Shown here: positions 18,299-28,711 of the stretch, piece by piece | Position numbering within the stretch: the stretch's first letter is position 1 | Layout of the letters: each line of letters begins with the position of its first letter | Source: Candidatus Parcubacteria bacterium | Lineage (GTDB): Bacteria; Patescibacteriota; Minisyncoccia; Phycocordibacterales; JAKFXT01 | Direction: 5' to 3' | DNA: 64,000 nt | Assembly: GCA_021414235.1 (NCBI GenBank) | Contig: JAIOOV010000004.1 | Location: 409,591-473,590, forward strand | The notes under the pieces: model-generated | What the model was told of the DNA's origin: nothing | What the model saw: the letters and a program-made list of their open reading frames with translations, nothing else | The model's database searches: none | Translations under genes and position numbers: made by a program

Positions 18299-19222
18299 CT
18301 AGTTACGCTTCATCGGAGGATAGAGCTGGGGATCGATGGTGCGGACGAAGCAGTAGCGTCCCTGCGTATACTCCCAATTATCATTCGCTCCCGACATGAT
18401 CGGCTTCGCGTACGAAGGATTCACACCGCGGGGAGCGAGCTCAAAGTTCGCGCAGAGCTCGAACGCACGGGTGCCAGTGACTTTGTACTCGTAAGGAGTG
18501 CCGGTCTTGGGATCGTTCGGGATGTTGTAGTACGCGAGCGGATCATTCATCTGCGCCAGATCGAGCGGCAAGGCTTCTTTGGCCTGCCAGTAGGAGACGA
18601 TCTGTCCCTGGATCTGCTGGAGATCGCTCAGGCGCTGCTCGTCATAGCGATACGAGCGCTGAGTCGCCGGAGTACCGATGACCATGAAGCCGGCGAGCAC
18701 AGAGCCGAGGATGAAGAGCGCCACCAGAACGCGCCAGACATTTCGCTCCGTGGAACCGATCTTGTCGTGAAGCTCACGGTAGTAGTAGCCAAAGACGGTG
18801 CCCGCGACGACGAATACGGAGAGCGCCTTGAGGAGGAAGGCAGTAGTCAGGTCACGCCCGTCGAGGAAGTAGTAGATGATGGTGATGAGGTCACCTGCGG
18901 CGATGGCTCCCGCGAGGAAGAGCGTGAGGTAGACGAGCCATCGGCGCACATCAAGCTGCTTCTTAGCGGAATCCGCGGTATAGGTACGCTGGATCAGGAC
19001 GGAGAGCAGTACGAACAGCGGGAAGAGCACGATGACAGAAGCCACCGGGAAGCTGATCGAAGGGTAGGTGTAGTACTGGTAGGCCACGAGGATGGGCGGA
19101 TACGCCGCATCAATCACCCGGAAGAGGAGAGTGAGGAGCGCCCCGATCATCCCGTAGAGCACGACGATGCTCCCCAGGTGCAAGAAGAAGTCCGAGGCGG
19201 TTACTTTAGGTTTGGAGTCCAT
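18299..19222 (-). CDS. multi-TM membrane protein (DUF5671-like) with pseudopilin-like C-terminal domain
   Basis: 5 TM segments, then DEQRLSDLQQI..DPKTGTPYEY..FELCANF. Confidence 0.7.
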   Translation of the reverse strand: MDSKPKVTASDFFLHLGSIVVLYGMIGALLTLLFRVIDAAYPPILVAYQYYTYPSISFPVASVIVLFPLFVLLSVLIQRTYTADSAKKQLDVRRWLVYLTLFLAGAIAAGDLITIIYYFLDGRDLTTAFLLKALSVFVVAGTVFGYYYRELHDKIGSTERNVWRVLVALFILGSVLAGFMVIGTPATQRSYRYDEQRLSDLQQIQGQIVSYWQAKEALPLDLAQMNDPLAYYNIPNDPKTGTPYEYKVTGTRAFELCANFELAPRGVNPSYAKPIMSGANDNWEYTQGRYCFVRTIDPQLYPPMKRN

Positions 19223-19287
19223 GAATAAAGGCTTATTGGGTAATAGCCTTAGTATATTCCTGCTTCACCCAAAGAGCTACGTAGGGA

Positions 19288-20382
19288 TTAAATCTTAAAC
19301 TCCACCACATCCCCATCCTTCACAATGTAATCCTTCCCCTCCGTACGCACCGCACCCTTCTCACGAGCTGCCGCATATGAACCCGCATCGAGCAACGTAT
19401 CCCAGTGGATGATCTCCGCGCGGATGAACTTGTCTATAAAATCGGTATGAATGGCTCCACCCGCGTGTTTGGCATCTGTGCCGCGAAGCACTGTCCACGC
19501 ACGCGTCTCCTCCTCCCCTGTGGTGAAGTAGGTAATAAGGTTGAGAATCTGATAGCTCTTGCGGATCAACTTGTCGATACCGTCCTCGTGTCCGAGTTCA
19601 GAGGCAAACTGCGCCTTCTCTTCGTCTGAGAAATCCTTAAGGTCTTCCTGTACCTTGGCGTCCATCAGCACATAGTCCGCTCCCAGGCTCTCTATATATT
19701 TCAAAAGCTCCGCATAGCGCTCATCCCCCATCTCATCCAGATTCTTCCCTCCCGCCTTCTTGTTGAGCGCATAGAGGATAGGCTTCACCGTGAGGAGGTT
19801 GAACGTCTTAGCGAGCGGCTTCTCTGCATCCGTAAGGCTAACGGTATTAGCGAGCTTCTCGGCTTCCAGCGCTTCCTGGAAGCGAGCAAGGAGCGCTTCT
19901 TTGATGACCGCTTCTTTGTCTCCCCGCTTGGCATCACGTGCCACAGAGTCCCGCTGCTTCCGCACGCTCTCGAGGTCGGCCAGGATGAGCTCGAGGTTAA
20001 TCACCTCGATATCGTTCTTGGGGTGTATTTTCCCATCCACATGGATGATGTTGTCGTCCTCGAAGATGCGCACCACTTCGAGAATGGCATCTGTCTCCCT
20101 AATATTAGAGAGGAACTTGTTGCCGAGGCCCTCGCCCTCGGAAGCACCCTTCACGAGACCCGCGATATCTACGAACTCTACTGCTGCGGGGATGGTCTTC
20201 TTAGTTTTGGAAAAATCAGCGAGTTTATACAAACGATCGTCCGGCACAGCGACAACACCCACCGAAGGATCGATGGTACAGAAGGGGTAGTTGGCGGCCT
20301 CCACTGATTTCTTAGTGAGGCCGTTGAAAAGTGTGGACTTCCCCACGTTCGGGAGTCCGACGATGCCGATGGATAAGGCCAT
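19288..20382 (-). CDS. ychF: redox-regulated ATPase YchF
   Basis: GIVGLPNVGKST, ANYPFCTIDP, DIAGLVKGASEGEGLGN and EGKDYIVKDGD motifs. Confidence 0.97.
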   Translation of the reverse strand: MALSIGIVGLPNVGKSTLFNGLTKKSVEAANYPFCTIDPSVGVVAVPDDRLYKLADFSKTKKTIPAAVEFVDIAGLVKGASEGEGLGNKFLSNIRETDAILEVVRIFEDDNIIHVDGKIHPKNDIEVINLELILADLESVRKQRDSVARDAKRGDKEAVIKEALLARFQEALEAEKLANTVSLTDAEKPLAKTFNLLTVKPILYALNKKAGGKNLDEMGDERYAELLKYIESLGADYVLMDAKVQEDLKDFSDEEKAQFASELGHEDGIDKLIRKSYQILNLITYFTTGEEETRAWTVLRGTDAKHAGGAIHTDFIDKFIRAEIIHWDTLLDAGSYAAAREKGAVRTEGKDYIVKDGDVVEFKI

Positions 20383-20402
20383 GAGAGCTACAAACTAGCA
20401 CG

Positions 20403-20441
20403 AAGACCGTGAACACGCACACCCTGCACGTTCACGGTCTT
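20403..20441 (-). terminator. hairpin after the orphan ORF
   Basis: 12-bp perfect stem AAGACCGTGAAC/GTTCACGGTCTT; weak U-tract. Confidence 0.55.
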
Positions 20442-20463
20442 GTTTCTGAGTCGGTCCAGAGGG

Positions 20464-20700
20464 TCAAAGAGAAATAAGACGCACCTCCTCATACGTAGAA
20501 TGTGCGATTCCCTTGGCTTCCTCAACCTCATGCGGCGACATCTCCGAACTCGTCACCCACCTGTCGAGCGCTGTCTGGTTGTAGGCCCGACACCGCAGAT
20601 CGCCCGAATCCTTACAGATCAGGACGGCCCGATAGAATTCTATGAAGATGGCTCTGCGCCTTTCCCAGCCTTCCCGGAAATTGTCGTTGCTCGACTTCAT
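20464..20700 (-). CDS. small orphan protein (78 aa)
   Basis: GGAGGT SD, upstream TTGACT, downstream hairpin. Confidence 0.6.
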   Translation of the reverse strand: MKSSNDNFREGWERRRAIFIEFYRAVLICKDSGDLRCRAYNQTALDRWVTSSEMSPHEVEEAKGIAHSTYEEVRLISL

Positions 20701-20782
20701 TCAGACCTCCCGCGGAAAGAATCCTGTCAGGAGAATCTCGAAAAACGAGACGGAAGTCAATAAAGTGCCAAGGCCCCTCTAT

Positions 20783-21364
20783 TTATTTCGCCTTCGCCCC
20801 CAACTTATATATCCTCGCCCCCCACTTACCTACCTGTGAAGCCTTCATGTGCTCGATGCGGCCAATGGAGAGGACGCGTACAGGCCAGATACCGGCGAAC
20901 CAGAGGATGCCGCGGCGGATTTCGTTTGAATAATCCCCGATCATGAGCCAGGTGAGGAGCGGCCAATTATTCATAGTGATGACCACGCGCGCAGTGCGCC
21001 CCGAGAGGAGCCTCTTCCACATCATCTTCTTGGGCAGGAACTTGAACGCAAATCCGGGGAGGAACATGCGATCAAAGAGCCCCTTGAGGAGCGCAGGCAT
21101 CGTGCTCCACCAGTTGGGATAGAAGATGGCGATATGCTCGGCCCAACGGAAGTCCTCTTGAAGCTTCACGAGATCCGGCTCTAGCGCTTGGATGACCTTG
21201 TAGCCCTTGTGGAGGATGGGATCGAACTGGAGATCTCCGATATTCACGCGGCGAACCTCATGACCCGCGTCCCGCGCACCCGCCTCATACCTATCTGCGA
21301 AATACCCATTGACCGTCTCATTGTCCGGATGCCCGAGGAAAACAAGGATTTTCTTTGATTTCAT
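20783..21364 (-). CDS. NAD(P)H-dependent oxidoreductase (flavodoxin-2 / quinone reductase)
   Basis: GHPD and YPNWWSTMPALLKGLFDR..PGFAF motifs. Confidence 0.9.
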   Translation of the reverse strand: MKSKKILVFLGHPDNETVNGYFADRYEAGARDAGHEVRRVNIGDLQFDPILHKGYKVIQALEPDLVKLQEDFRWAEHIAIFYPNWWSTMPALLKGLFDRMFLPGFAFKFLPKKMMWKRLLSGRTARVVITMNNWPLLTWLMIGDYSNEIRRGILWFAGIWPVRVLSIGRIEHMKASQVGKWGARIYKLGAKAK

Positions 21365-21370
21365 GTGTTT

Positions 21371-21595
21371 CTACTTGAGCGCTTCAGCGAGTTCCTTCTG
21401 GAATTCCTGAGCTACCTCCATAGCAGCCGCCATCTGGTCCTTGCCACCTTTCACCTTCTCTTGGATCTTCTCGCCCATCTTTGCAAAAAGCTCCGGATTC
21501 TTCTCTATGGCAGCAAACATTTTCTCCTGCTGCTCTTCCGGCACATCCTTCATCTTGGACTTCAGGAGCTGCTTCATGAGGAAATTCTTGAACAT
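21371..21595 (-). CDS. small helical hypothetical protein
   Basis: MFKNFLMKQLLKSKMK..KNPELF; strong host codon bias; 3' part of the listed 265-aa ORF. Confidence 0.75.
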   Translation of the reverse strand: MFKNFLMKQLLKSKMKDVPEEQQEKMFAAIEKNPELFAKMGEKIQEKVKGGKDQMAAAMEVAQEFQKELAEALK

Positions 21596-21698
21596 ACCAT
21601 TCAGTCTACCACCTCCCGCAAAAGCTATGAATAGTCTGCGATAGGGCCGTATCTTAAACTTGACGGAGATCGTTTTTCCTGTTACCCTTCTTCCACTT

Positions 21699-23318
21699 AT
21701 GTGGAACTTCATCAACATGCTGATACGGGAGGAGATCTGGTTTGAGCGTTTCGCACGCAAGCACGTCCTCGGAGCCCTCGCAGGAGCCATCCTGCTCGGT
21801 CTCGGCGCAGGGTATTTCCTCCGCGGAGGCCCAGAAGCAGAGGAAGTGGTAGCAGAGAGTCGCATACGCGAGGTTAAAGTCGCCTCTGTCGCGGAACTCT
21901 CCGGCACCGCTACCACCCTCCCCCTCGTAGGCACCGTCACTTCCGAGAGTGAAGCCTCTATCAGCGCACAGTCTTCCGGCGAAGTCCGCGCCATATACAA
22001 GAAGCTCGGTGATTTCGTGGCAGCAGGCAGCATCATCGCGGAGATCGAGAACAGCAGGGAGCGCGCCACCGTGCTCCAGGCCCAGGCAGGAGTCGAGAGT
22101 GCCAAGGCGGGTAAAGCCATCTCTGAGAGCGGCGCCTCCATCTCTGAAACGAGCAGCGAGAGCGCCAAACGCGCTCTCGAGGAAGCCCGTGTCGCTGCAG
22201 TGAACTCCCTTCGTAGCGCCTACGATGCTGCAGATGACTCCGTGCGCTCCAAGCTCGACCTCATGTTCAGCAACGCCCGCACCCAGAATCCCCAGTTCAA
22301 TATCACCGTGAGCGACAGCCAGCTCCCCATCGACATCAACTTCAAGCGCCTCAATATCACCGATATTCTGGCGCGCGAAACCGCCCGCAAGGCTTCTCTC
22401 TCCGTTACCAGCGATCTTGCTAAAGAGATCAGCCTCGCAGAAGCGGACCTCCGCTATATCAAAGATTTCAATGACGATGTCATCCTGGCCCTCAACCAAG
22501 GCATCGCTTCCCAGTCCGTAAGTCAGGCTACGATAGATAGCTTCAGGACTTCCGCCGCAGCTACGCGTTCTACTCTGAACGCCGCTATCTCTTCCCTCTC
22601 CTCTGTGCGCGACAATCTCAGCATCAAGGCCTCCCAGCTCGAAGTATCCTCCCAGCAGACCGGCTCCTCAGGCTCTTCCGTCTCGAGCTCAGAGGCAGTC
22701 ATCAAGCAGGCCGAGGCCACGCTTCGTCTCGCACAGGTCTCCCTTGAGAAATCCTTCATCCGCGCGCCGATCAGCGGCACCCTGAACAGCTTCTCGCTGA
22801 AGCGCGGTGATTTCGTCTCGCTCTCCCAGCCGGTGGCAGTCATCTCCAACAACAACGCACTCGAGGTGGTGAGCTATATCACTGAAGAGGATGCCGCCTA
22901 CGTAGCCGTCGGAAGCAAGGCGACCATAGGGGAATCAGTCGCGGGCGTGGTCACCCGCATCGCTCCCGCTCTTGATCCCAAGACCCGCAAGATCGAGGTG
23001 CGCATCGGCATCACCGGCTCTTCGAGCCTCATCAACGGCCAGACCGTGAGCCTCTCCCTCATCCGCGCGCCTAAGACAAGAAATGTCTCCCAGAACGCCC
23101 CTCTCACCGTACCTATCTCCGCCCTCAAGATAACCCCAGCGGGTTCCTTCGTGTTCACTATAGGCGCGGAAGGAAAGCTCGTCGCGCACCAGGTCAAAGA
23201 AGGACTCCTCCTCGGCGACCGCGTAGCCATCTCGGAAGGACTCACCTCCGACATGCATATCGTGACCGACGCCCGCGGCCTCAAGGAAGGGATGAGCGTG
23301 ACCGTTAAAGCTGAATAA
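21699..23318 (+). CDS. RND efflux periplasmic adaptor subunit
   Basis: TM anchor, lipoyl half-motifs (AQSSGEV, IRAPISG), long coiled coil; precedes the RND permease. Confidence 0.9.
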   Translation: MWNFINMLIREEIWFERFARKHVLGALAGAILLGLGAGYFLRGGPEAEEVVAESRIREVKVASVAELSGTATTLPLVGTVTSESEASISAQSSGEVRAIYKKLGDFVAAGSIIAEIENSRERATVLQAQAGVESAKAGKAISESGASISETSSESAKRALEEARVAAVNSLRSAYDAADDSVRSKLDLMFSNARTQNPQFNITVSDSQLPIDINFKRLNITDILARETARKASLSVTSDLAKEISLAEADLRYIKDFNDDVILALNQGIASQSVSQATIDSFRTSAAATRSTLNAAISSLSSVRDNLSIKASQLEVSSQQTGSSGSSVSSSEAVIKQAEATLRLAQVSLEKSFIRAPISGTLNSFSLKRGDFVSLSQPVAVISNNNALEVVSYITEEDAAYVAVGSKATIGESVAGVVTRIAPALDPKTRKIEVRIGITGSSSLINGQTVSLSLIRAPKTRNVSQNAPLTVPISALKITPAGSFVFTIGAEGKLVAHQVKEGLLLGDRVAISEGLTSDMHIVTDARGLKEGMSVTVKAE

Positions 23319-23321
23319 TCC

Positions 23322-26300
23322 ATGCTATCCCTCTGGAAATTCTTCCTGGAGAAGCGCCAGTTCAGCATCCTCCTCATCGGAGCGCTGATCATCGCCGGCA
23401 CTTTCTCACTCTTCGCCATCCCTAAGGAGTCCTCTCCTGAGGTGGAGATTCCCATTGGTATTGTGACCACCGTGCTCCCGGGGGCTTCGAGCTCAGATGT
23501 GGAGAAGCTCATCACCGACAAGATGGAAGAGGAACTCGCGAACCTCGAGAACATCGATACGCTCACCTCTACCTCCCGCGAAGGGCTCTCCGTCGTCTCG
23601 GTGCAGTTCCTGGCAAGCGCCAACCTTGATAAGTCCATCCAGGACCTCAAGGATGCGGTAGACAAGGTAAAGAACGAACTCCCCAGCGAAGCTACCGATC
23701 CGCAGGTGCTACGCATCAACTTCGCAGATGAGCCGGTACTCATCATCTCAGTCTCAAGCGACGTCCCACCCGCCGCCTTCACTGCGCTCTCCGAGGATCT
23801 CAAGGCGGAACTCCGCGCAGTGAAGGGCGTCTCTAAGGTAGAGATCTCGGGCGTGCAGGCACGCGAAGTGCAGGTCATAGTACGGAGCGAAGCACTCTCC
23901 CGTTACGGATTGCGCCTCACCGACGTAATCGGAGCCCTCCAGGCCAGCAATAGCTCTCTCCCCATCGGCTCCATCACTCAGGACGGTATCGAGTACGCCA
24001 TCAAGTTCCGCGGGGAGATCGAAGCACCTTCTGAGATCGGCAACATCGCTGTCCCGACACAGAACGGCATCGTGTATATCCGCGACATCGCCGCGGTATC
24101 GGATGGCTTGAAGCGGGCCACTTCCCTCTCTCGCACCTCCGTCGAGGGCGCCCCCTCCGAACAGGCTCTCTCTCTTTACGTATTCAAAAAGTCTGGCGAC
24201 AACGTCACTGAAGTAGCCCAGTCCGTCAAAGACAGGCTCGAGGCTCTCAAGAGCGGTCTTCTGCTCGGCTCAAACGTAGTCATCTCCTTCGACCGCGGAG
24301 AGTTGGTGATGAAGGACCTTTTGGAACTCACCCAGGTGGGCTTCGAGACCGTGGCCCTCGTGATGATCCTCCTCTTCCTGACCATCGGCTGGCGCGAAGC
24401 ACTCGTTGCCGGCCTCTCCATCCCCCTCTCCCTCCTCATCGCCTTCATCGGCCTCCACACTTCCGGCAACACCATTAACTTCGTCAGCCTCTTCTCTCTC
24501 ATCCTCGCCGTGGGCATCCTGGTGGACTCCGGCATCGTGGTCACCGAAGCCATCCAGGCGCGCATCGCACGCTTCGGCACGCCCATGGCTGCAGCTCATG
24601 CCGCAATCGAGGAATATGCCTGGCCGCTCATTGCCGGCACCATGACTACGGTAGCCGTATTCGCGCCCCTCTTCTTCATCTCCGGCATCACCGGCAAGTT
24701 CATCGCCAGCATCCCCTTCACCATCATCTTCGTACTCATTGCCTCGATCATCGTAGCGCTCGGCATGGTGCCACTCATCGCCGTCCTCTTCACCAAGCAG
24801 AGTAAGAATAGTTTCGAGATGAAGCAGGAGATATATACGGAGCACGCCAAAGAATGGTACCGTCGCAAGCTCCGCGCTTTCCTAGAGAACCGCCGTCAGC
24901 AGAAGATCTTCCTCTGGACCCTCATGGGTAGCTTTGTCATCGCCCTCCTCCTCCCGGTAAGCGGGCTTCTCAAGGTGACCTTCTTCCCCGGAGGCGATTC
25001 CGATTTCATATATATCGACCTGGAAAAGCCACAGGGCACGACACTGCGCGAGACTGATCTTGCCGTACGTGCCGTGGAGGAATACCTCTACGAGGATCCG
25101 CGCATCGAGAGCTTCGTTACTACCATCGGCGAGAGCTCCCGCTTCAGCGAATCTTCAAGCCAGAACCCTAAGCTCGCCAACATCACCGTCAATCTCCACA
25201 AGGAGCGCGATTACACCAGCACCGAGCTCCTCAGCGACCTTAAGAAGGAACTCTCTGCGGTACAGTCACTCGACATCCGTATCGTAGAGCCTTCTAACGG
25301 CCCGCCCACCGGCGCACCTATTCTCATAAAATTCACGGGAGACGATTTGGGCGAACTCGAATCCGTCGTGGATCGTGCAGAGCGCCTCCTCACGGAAGTC
25401 CCTGGCACGAGCGACATTCAGACCAGCATGAAGGATGACGGCACGCAGTTCACCCTGACCATAGACAAGGCCAAGGCGGCGCAGGTAGGCCTCACCCCGG
25501 CTGCAGTCGGGAGCACGCTCCGCGCAGCCATCAACGGCACCACCGCGACCGTGCTCAAGCGCCAGGACAAGGACATCGACGTAGTCGTGAAGCTCGACCT
25601 CAATCCCCGCTACCGCACCGCAGAAGAGACTACGGAGACGACAGTGGACAGCATCCGGCAGATTCCCATCGCTACCCCCTCCGGCACCGTTCTCCTCGGC
25701 TCCGTGCTCACCATCACCCCGGAGCGTGCGAATGCTGTGATCCAGCACGAAGATCGCAAGCGTATCGGCTCAGTCTCCGCCTTCCTCGCGCCGGGCGGCA
25801 ACGCCCGTGACGTAAAGGCAGCCTTCGAAGCCCGCCTCAGCGAGCTCGAGCTTCCCACGAGCGTCACCTACTCCTTCGGCGGCGAGAACGAAGAGGTGGA
25901 CAATTCCTTCCGCGACATGTTCCTCGCCCTCATCGCAGGTCTCGTGCTCATGCTCTCCATCCTGGTGCTCGAATTCAATTCCTTCCGCTACACCCTCTAC
26001 CTCCTCTCCATCGTGCCGCTCTCACTCGTAGGCGTGCTCGGAGGACTCGCCCTCACCGGCCAGACCCTCTCCTTCCCCTCCATGCTCGGAGTGATCGCAC
26101 TTGCCGGCGTCATCATCAACCACGGCATCATCCTGCTCGACTCCATGATTCACCTCTTGAAGCGCGATGCGAATGCAAATCCCATGGACGTAGTCGTGGA
26201 ATCCGCCTCCGTGCGCCTCCGCCCTATATTCCTCACCACCATCACCACAGTCATCGGCATGGTGCCGCTCACTTTCGCCTCTTCTCTCTGGGGCCCGCTG

Positions 26301-26405
26301 GCGTTTGCCATTATGTTCGGTCTGACCTTCGCTACCATCCTCACCCTCATCTTCATTCCGTTGATGTTCTATCGCCACCTCAGCAAAACACAAAAAACTA
26401 TTTAA
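23322..26405 (+). CDS. RND efflux permease (AcrB/AcrD/AcrF family)
   Basis: 1027 aa; GILVDSGIVVTE and RLRPIFLTTITTVIGMVP motifs. Confidence 0.95.
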   Translation: MLSLWKFFLEKRQFSILLIGALIIAGTFSLFAIPKESSPEVEIPIGIVTTVLPGASSSDVEKLITDKMEEELANLENIDTLTSTSREGLSVVSVQFLASANLDKSIQDLKDAVDKVKNELPSEATDPQVLRINFADEPVLIISVSSDVPPAAFTALSEDLKAELRAVKGVSKVEISGVQAREVQVIVRSEALSRYGLRLTDVIGALQASNSSLPIGSITQDGIEYAIKFRGEIEAPSEIGNIAVPTQNGIVYIRDIAAVSDGLKRATSLSRTSVEGAPSEQALSLYVFKKSGDNVTEVAQSVKDRLEALKSGLLLGSNVVISFDRGELVMKDLLELTQVGFETVALVMILLFLTIGWREALVAGLSIPLSLLIAFIGLHTSGNTINFVSLFSLILAVGILVDSGIVVTEAIQARIARFGTPMAAAHAAIEEYAWPLIAGTMTTVAVFAPLFFISGITGKFIASIPFTIIFVLIASIIVALGMVPLIAVLFTKQSKNSFEMKQEIYTEHAKEWYRRKLRAFLENRRQQKIFLWTLMGSFVIALLLPVSGLLKVTFFPGGDSDFIYIDLEKPQGTTLRETDLAVRAVEEYLYEDPRIESFVTTIGESSRFSESSSQNPKLANITVNLHKERDYTSTELLSDLKKELSAVQSLDIRIVEPSNGPPTGAPILIKFTGDDLGELESVVDRAERLLTEVPGTSDIQTSMKDDGTQFTLTIDKAKAAQVGLTPAAVGSTLRAAINGTTATVLKRQDKDIDVVVKLDLNPRYRTAEETTETTVDSIRQIPIATPSGTVLLGSVLTITPERANAVIQHEDRKRIGSVSAFLAPGGNARDVKAAFEARLSELELPTSVTYSFGGENEEVDNSFRDMFLALIAGLVLMLSILVLEFNSFRYTLYLLSIVPLSLVGVLGGLALTGQTLSFPSMLGVIALAGVIINHGIILLDSMIHLLKRDANANPMDVVVESASVRLRPIFLTTITTVIGMVPLTFASSLWGPLAFAIMFGLTFATILTLIFIPLMFYRHLSKTQKTI

Positions 26406-26439
26406 AAGGTAGAGCGTGTGCCCCGCTTAGAAAACTGCA

Positions 26440-27513
26440 TCACATTTTAAACCCGCTCATTGAACCTATACCAGTAGAAACAAGAGACCATGTACCCACG
26501 AGTTGAACGGGGGAGGAGCGGTTTACGCCGGAGTCCCCCAATCCAAGCTGGCCGTAGTTATTCAGCCCCCACACAAAAAGCTCGCTCGCGGCTGTGCGTG
26601 CGGCTCCGAAATAATTACCCGCAAAAGTCCGCGCCCAAACACCAGCACCCAATTGTACCGGAGAAGAGCGAAGGGTTGTATCGCCAAGTCCGAGGCCTCC
26701 TGAAGCTCCCGACCCCCAACCCCATAAAGTGCCGTCGTGTCGAAGAGCTGTGGTAATAAAATTTTTTCTCGAGAAACTGTTCCAGGTGCCTGCAACCTGC
26801 GCAGGAGAGGAGCGCCAGACCGTATTACCGAGACCAAGATTACCCTGCCCGTTATACCCAGATGTCCACAAAGTGCCGTCAGGCCTTAACAGAGTAATGT
26901 TCTCTCTTCCAGAACTTGCAAAAGACCATGTACCGACAACCTGCACAGGGGAACTATGAGAGTCTGTGGTTGCTATTCCATTCTGCCCGTGGCTTCCCAA
27001 TCCACAAGTCCAAAGAGAACCATTAGATTTAATACCCATAAATGTGCTATCCCCAGTGGCAGCCTGTAGCCAGGTACCGGGAACTTGGGTTGGTGAGGAG
27101 CGTCTAAGGGTATCACCAAGACCAAGCTTTCCACTTGTATTGTAACCCCAAGTCCAGAGAGAGCCATCCGCCCTTATAGCGGCCATACTAGCCGTTGCAG
27201 TCCCGTGTACAAGATCCACCCAAGTCCCGGCAATCTGCGTGGGAGAGGATCGACTTATTGTATCGCTTAAACCAAGCTGGCCAGCATTATTATTGCCACA
27301 AGCCCATAGCGAGCCCCCCGGCTTCAAAAAGAAGGAATATTGAGAAGCGTGCACTGCCTGAAGCCAAGTGCCCGCAAGTTGCACAGGAGATGATCGACTT
27401 ATGGTATCCCCGAGGCCCAATCGCCCACCTCCATTAGCTCCCCACACAAACAAATTCGGCCCGAGGTTTTGGCCAGCGGCTTGGGAATTGAATGTAAGTC
27501 GATCAAACAGCAT
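26440..27513 (-). CDS. RCC1/BLIP-II repeat beta-propeller protein
   Basis: Seven repeats of L(W/F)x(W/C/S)GxxxxGxLGLG...SSPxQ..G(T/V)W. Confidence 0.88.
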   Translation of the reverse strand: MLFDRLTFNSQAAGQNLGPNLFVWGANGGGRLGLGDTISRSSPVQLAGTWLQAVHASQYSFFLKPGGSLWACGNNNAGQLGLSDTISRSSPTQIAGTWVDLVHGTATASMAAIRADGSLWTWGYNTSGKLGLGDTLRRSSPTQVPGTWLQAATGDSTFMGIKSNGSLWTCGLGSHGQNGIATTDSHSSPVQVVGTWSFASSGRENITLLRPDGTLWTSGYNGQGNLGLGNTVWRSSPAQVAGTWNSFSRKNFITTALRHDGTLWGWGSGASGGLGLGDTTLRSSPVQLGAGVWARTFAGNYFGAARTAASELFVWGLNNYGQLGLGDSGVNRSSPVQLVGTWSLVSTGIGSMSGFKM

Positions 27514-27588
27514 AAAATCGCCAGATTATTATAACAGAGAAATCTCGCTCAAACGCTTTCGCCCACCAAGCGTCTTTGCTACAAAGAA

Positions 27589-28029
27589 TCAGATAAGAGA
27601 ACCAGCCGCCAAAGCTTTGACTCCGCGTAAACTCTTTCCCGAATAGTACAGTGAGGAAGCAAAGATAATTGCCATGATCTGTCGGAATACGGAAAGGATG
27701 AGGGGGTCCCCTGCGTACATCGTCACAGCAGCATATTCAAAAACGAGCATCCCGAAAAAAGACAAAGCGAGATTAAAATAGATGACTAGGCGACGCATGG
27801 GAGAAGTAAGTCCCGCACAAAGCACAAGAGAAGCCGCGAGCACGAGTGACCCGAGGACTCCGCCCCACGGAAGCATTCCCGGAAAGAACGGCAGAGCGAG
27901 GAGAGTGATGACGGCTGCCACCATGAAGAAACGGCGGACATAATCCCCGTAATAGTGAGGGATGTCAGAGTGAGAACTGAGGATCTCTCCGATATCCCTC
28001 TTGCCATCCTGATTCCGCTGGAATGCCAT
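27589..28029 (-). CDS. 4-TM membrane protein, hypothetical
   Basis: HYYGDYVR followed by four hydrophobic segments. Confidence 0.7.
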   Translation of the reverse strand: MAFQRNQDGKRDIGEILSSHSDIPHYYGDYVRRFFMVAAVITLLALPFFPGMLPWGGVLGSLVLAASLVLCAGLTSPMRRLVIYFNLALSFFGMLVFEYAAVTMYAGDPLILSVFRQIMAIIFASSLYYSGKSLRGVKALAAGSLI

Positions 28030-28081
28030 ACGCACGCATTCTCTCATGCGAGAGGGTCAGGGGCAACGAGCTAACAACTCA

Positions 28082-28121
28082 AAAGAGAAATCCCCGCCAG
28101 CGCATGTCCGCGCTGACGGGG
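28082..28121 (-). terminator. intrinsic terminator
   Basis: CCCCGTCAGCGC..GCGCTGGCGGGG followed by ATTTCTCTTTT. Confidence 0.65.
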
Positions 28122-28137
28122 TGATCTGCATAGATTC

Positions 28138-28647
28138 CTAACTCCTTCTGTTCATCTCGATATAGGCCAACACCGTCTCCTTCCCCTCCAGATCACCTGG
28201 ATGGACCGGATAGAGCCCGAGCCATTTCCTGCTCTCGAGGTCGAGGAAATCGAGTTCCCATCCTTGCGGACGCTGCCGCAAGGCGAGATAAGCGTAATCG
28301 TCGTATTCCCGCCCCGGCAGACGATAGTAGAAGGTGCTCCCGCAGAAGACGATCCGATAGTAAGCCTTCCATTCTTCAGGAAGACAAACTCGTTTCTTTC
28401 CTTCTTGCGACTGCAGGATACCTCTTAGGGCAGGAAAGCCCAGATAGCACCGGGACGAGTGAGTCGAGTGTACTAGCTGAGGTACCTCGTTTCCTTGGAC
28501 GCCCCTGAGGAACTCCACATTCTTCGTATCGAACCGACTCTTATCGCGCCGGTCATCATAGTTCTGAAACAGAGTGAAGGAATGTTCCAATCCCGGGACA
28601 GAAATGATGGTTCCAAACTTCACACGAGAAGTCCGTATATAGGGCAC
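28138..28647 (-). CDS. orphan hypothetical protein (LPEEWK motif)
   Basis: GGAGGT SD + GTG start, own promoter and terminator. Confidence 0.65.
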   Translation of the reverse strand: MPYIRTSRVKFGTIISVPGLEHSFTLFQNYDDRRDKSRFDTKNVEFLRGVQGNEVPQLVHSTHSSRCYLGFPALRGILQSQEGKKRVCLPEEWKAYYRIVFCGSTFYYRLPGREYDDYAYLALRQRPQGWELDFLDLESRKWLGLYPVHPGDLEGKETVLAYIEMNRRS

Positions 28648-28711
28648 GTCTACCTCCGAAGTTCAATTCCTTTTTATTACACCACCAAATACTATAAAAA
28701 GCAAGTACCGG

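Noticed and set aside
26440-27513. RCC1 repeats as a CRISPR-like or DGR TR/VR DNA repeat
   Set aside because: The repeats are in-frame and conserved at the protein level with synonymous divergence; no adenine-specific pattern and no RT
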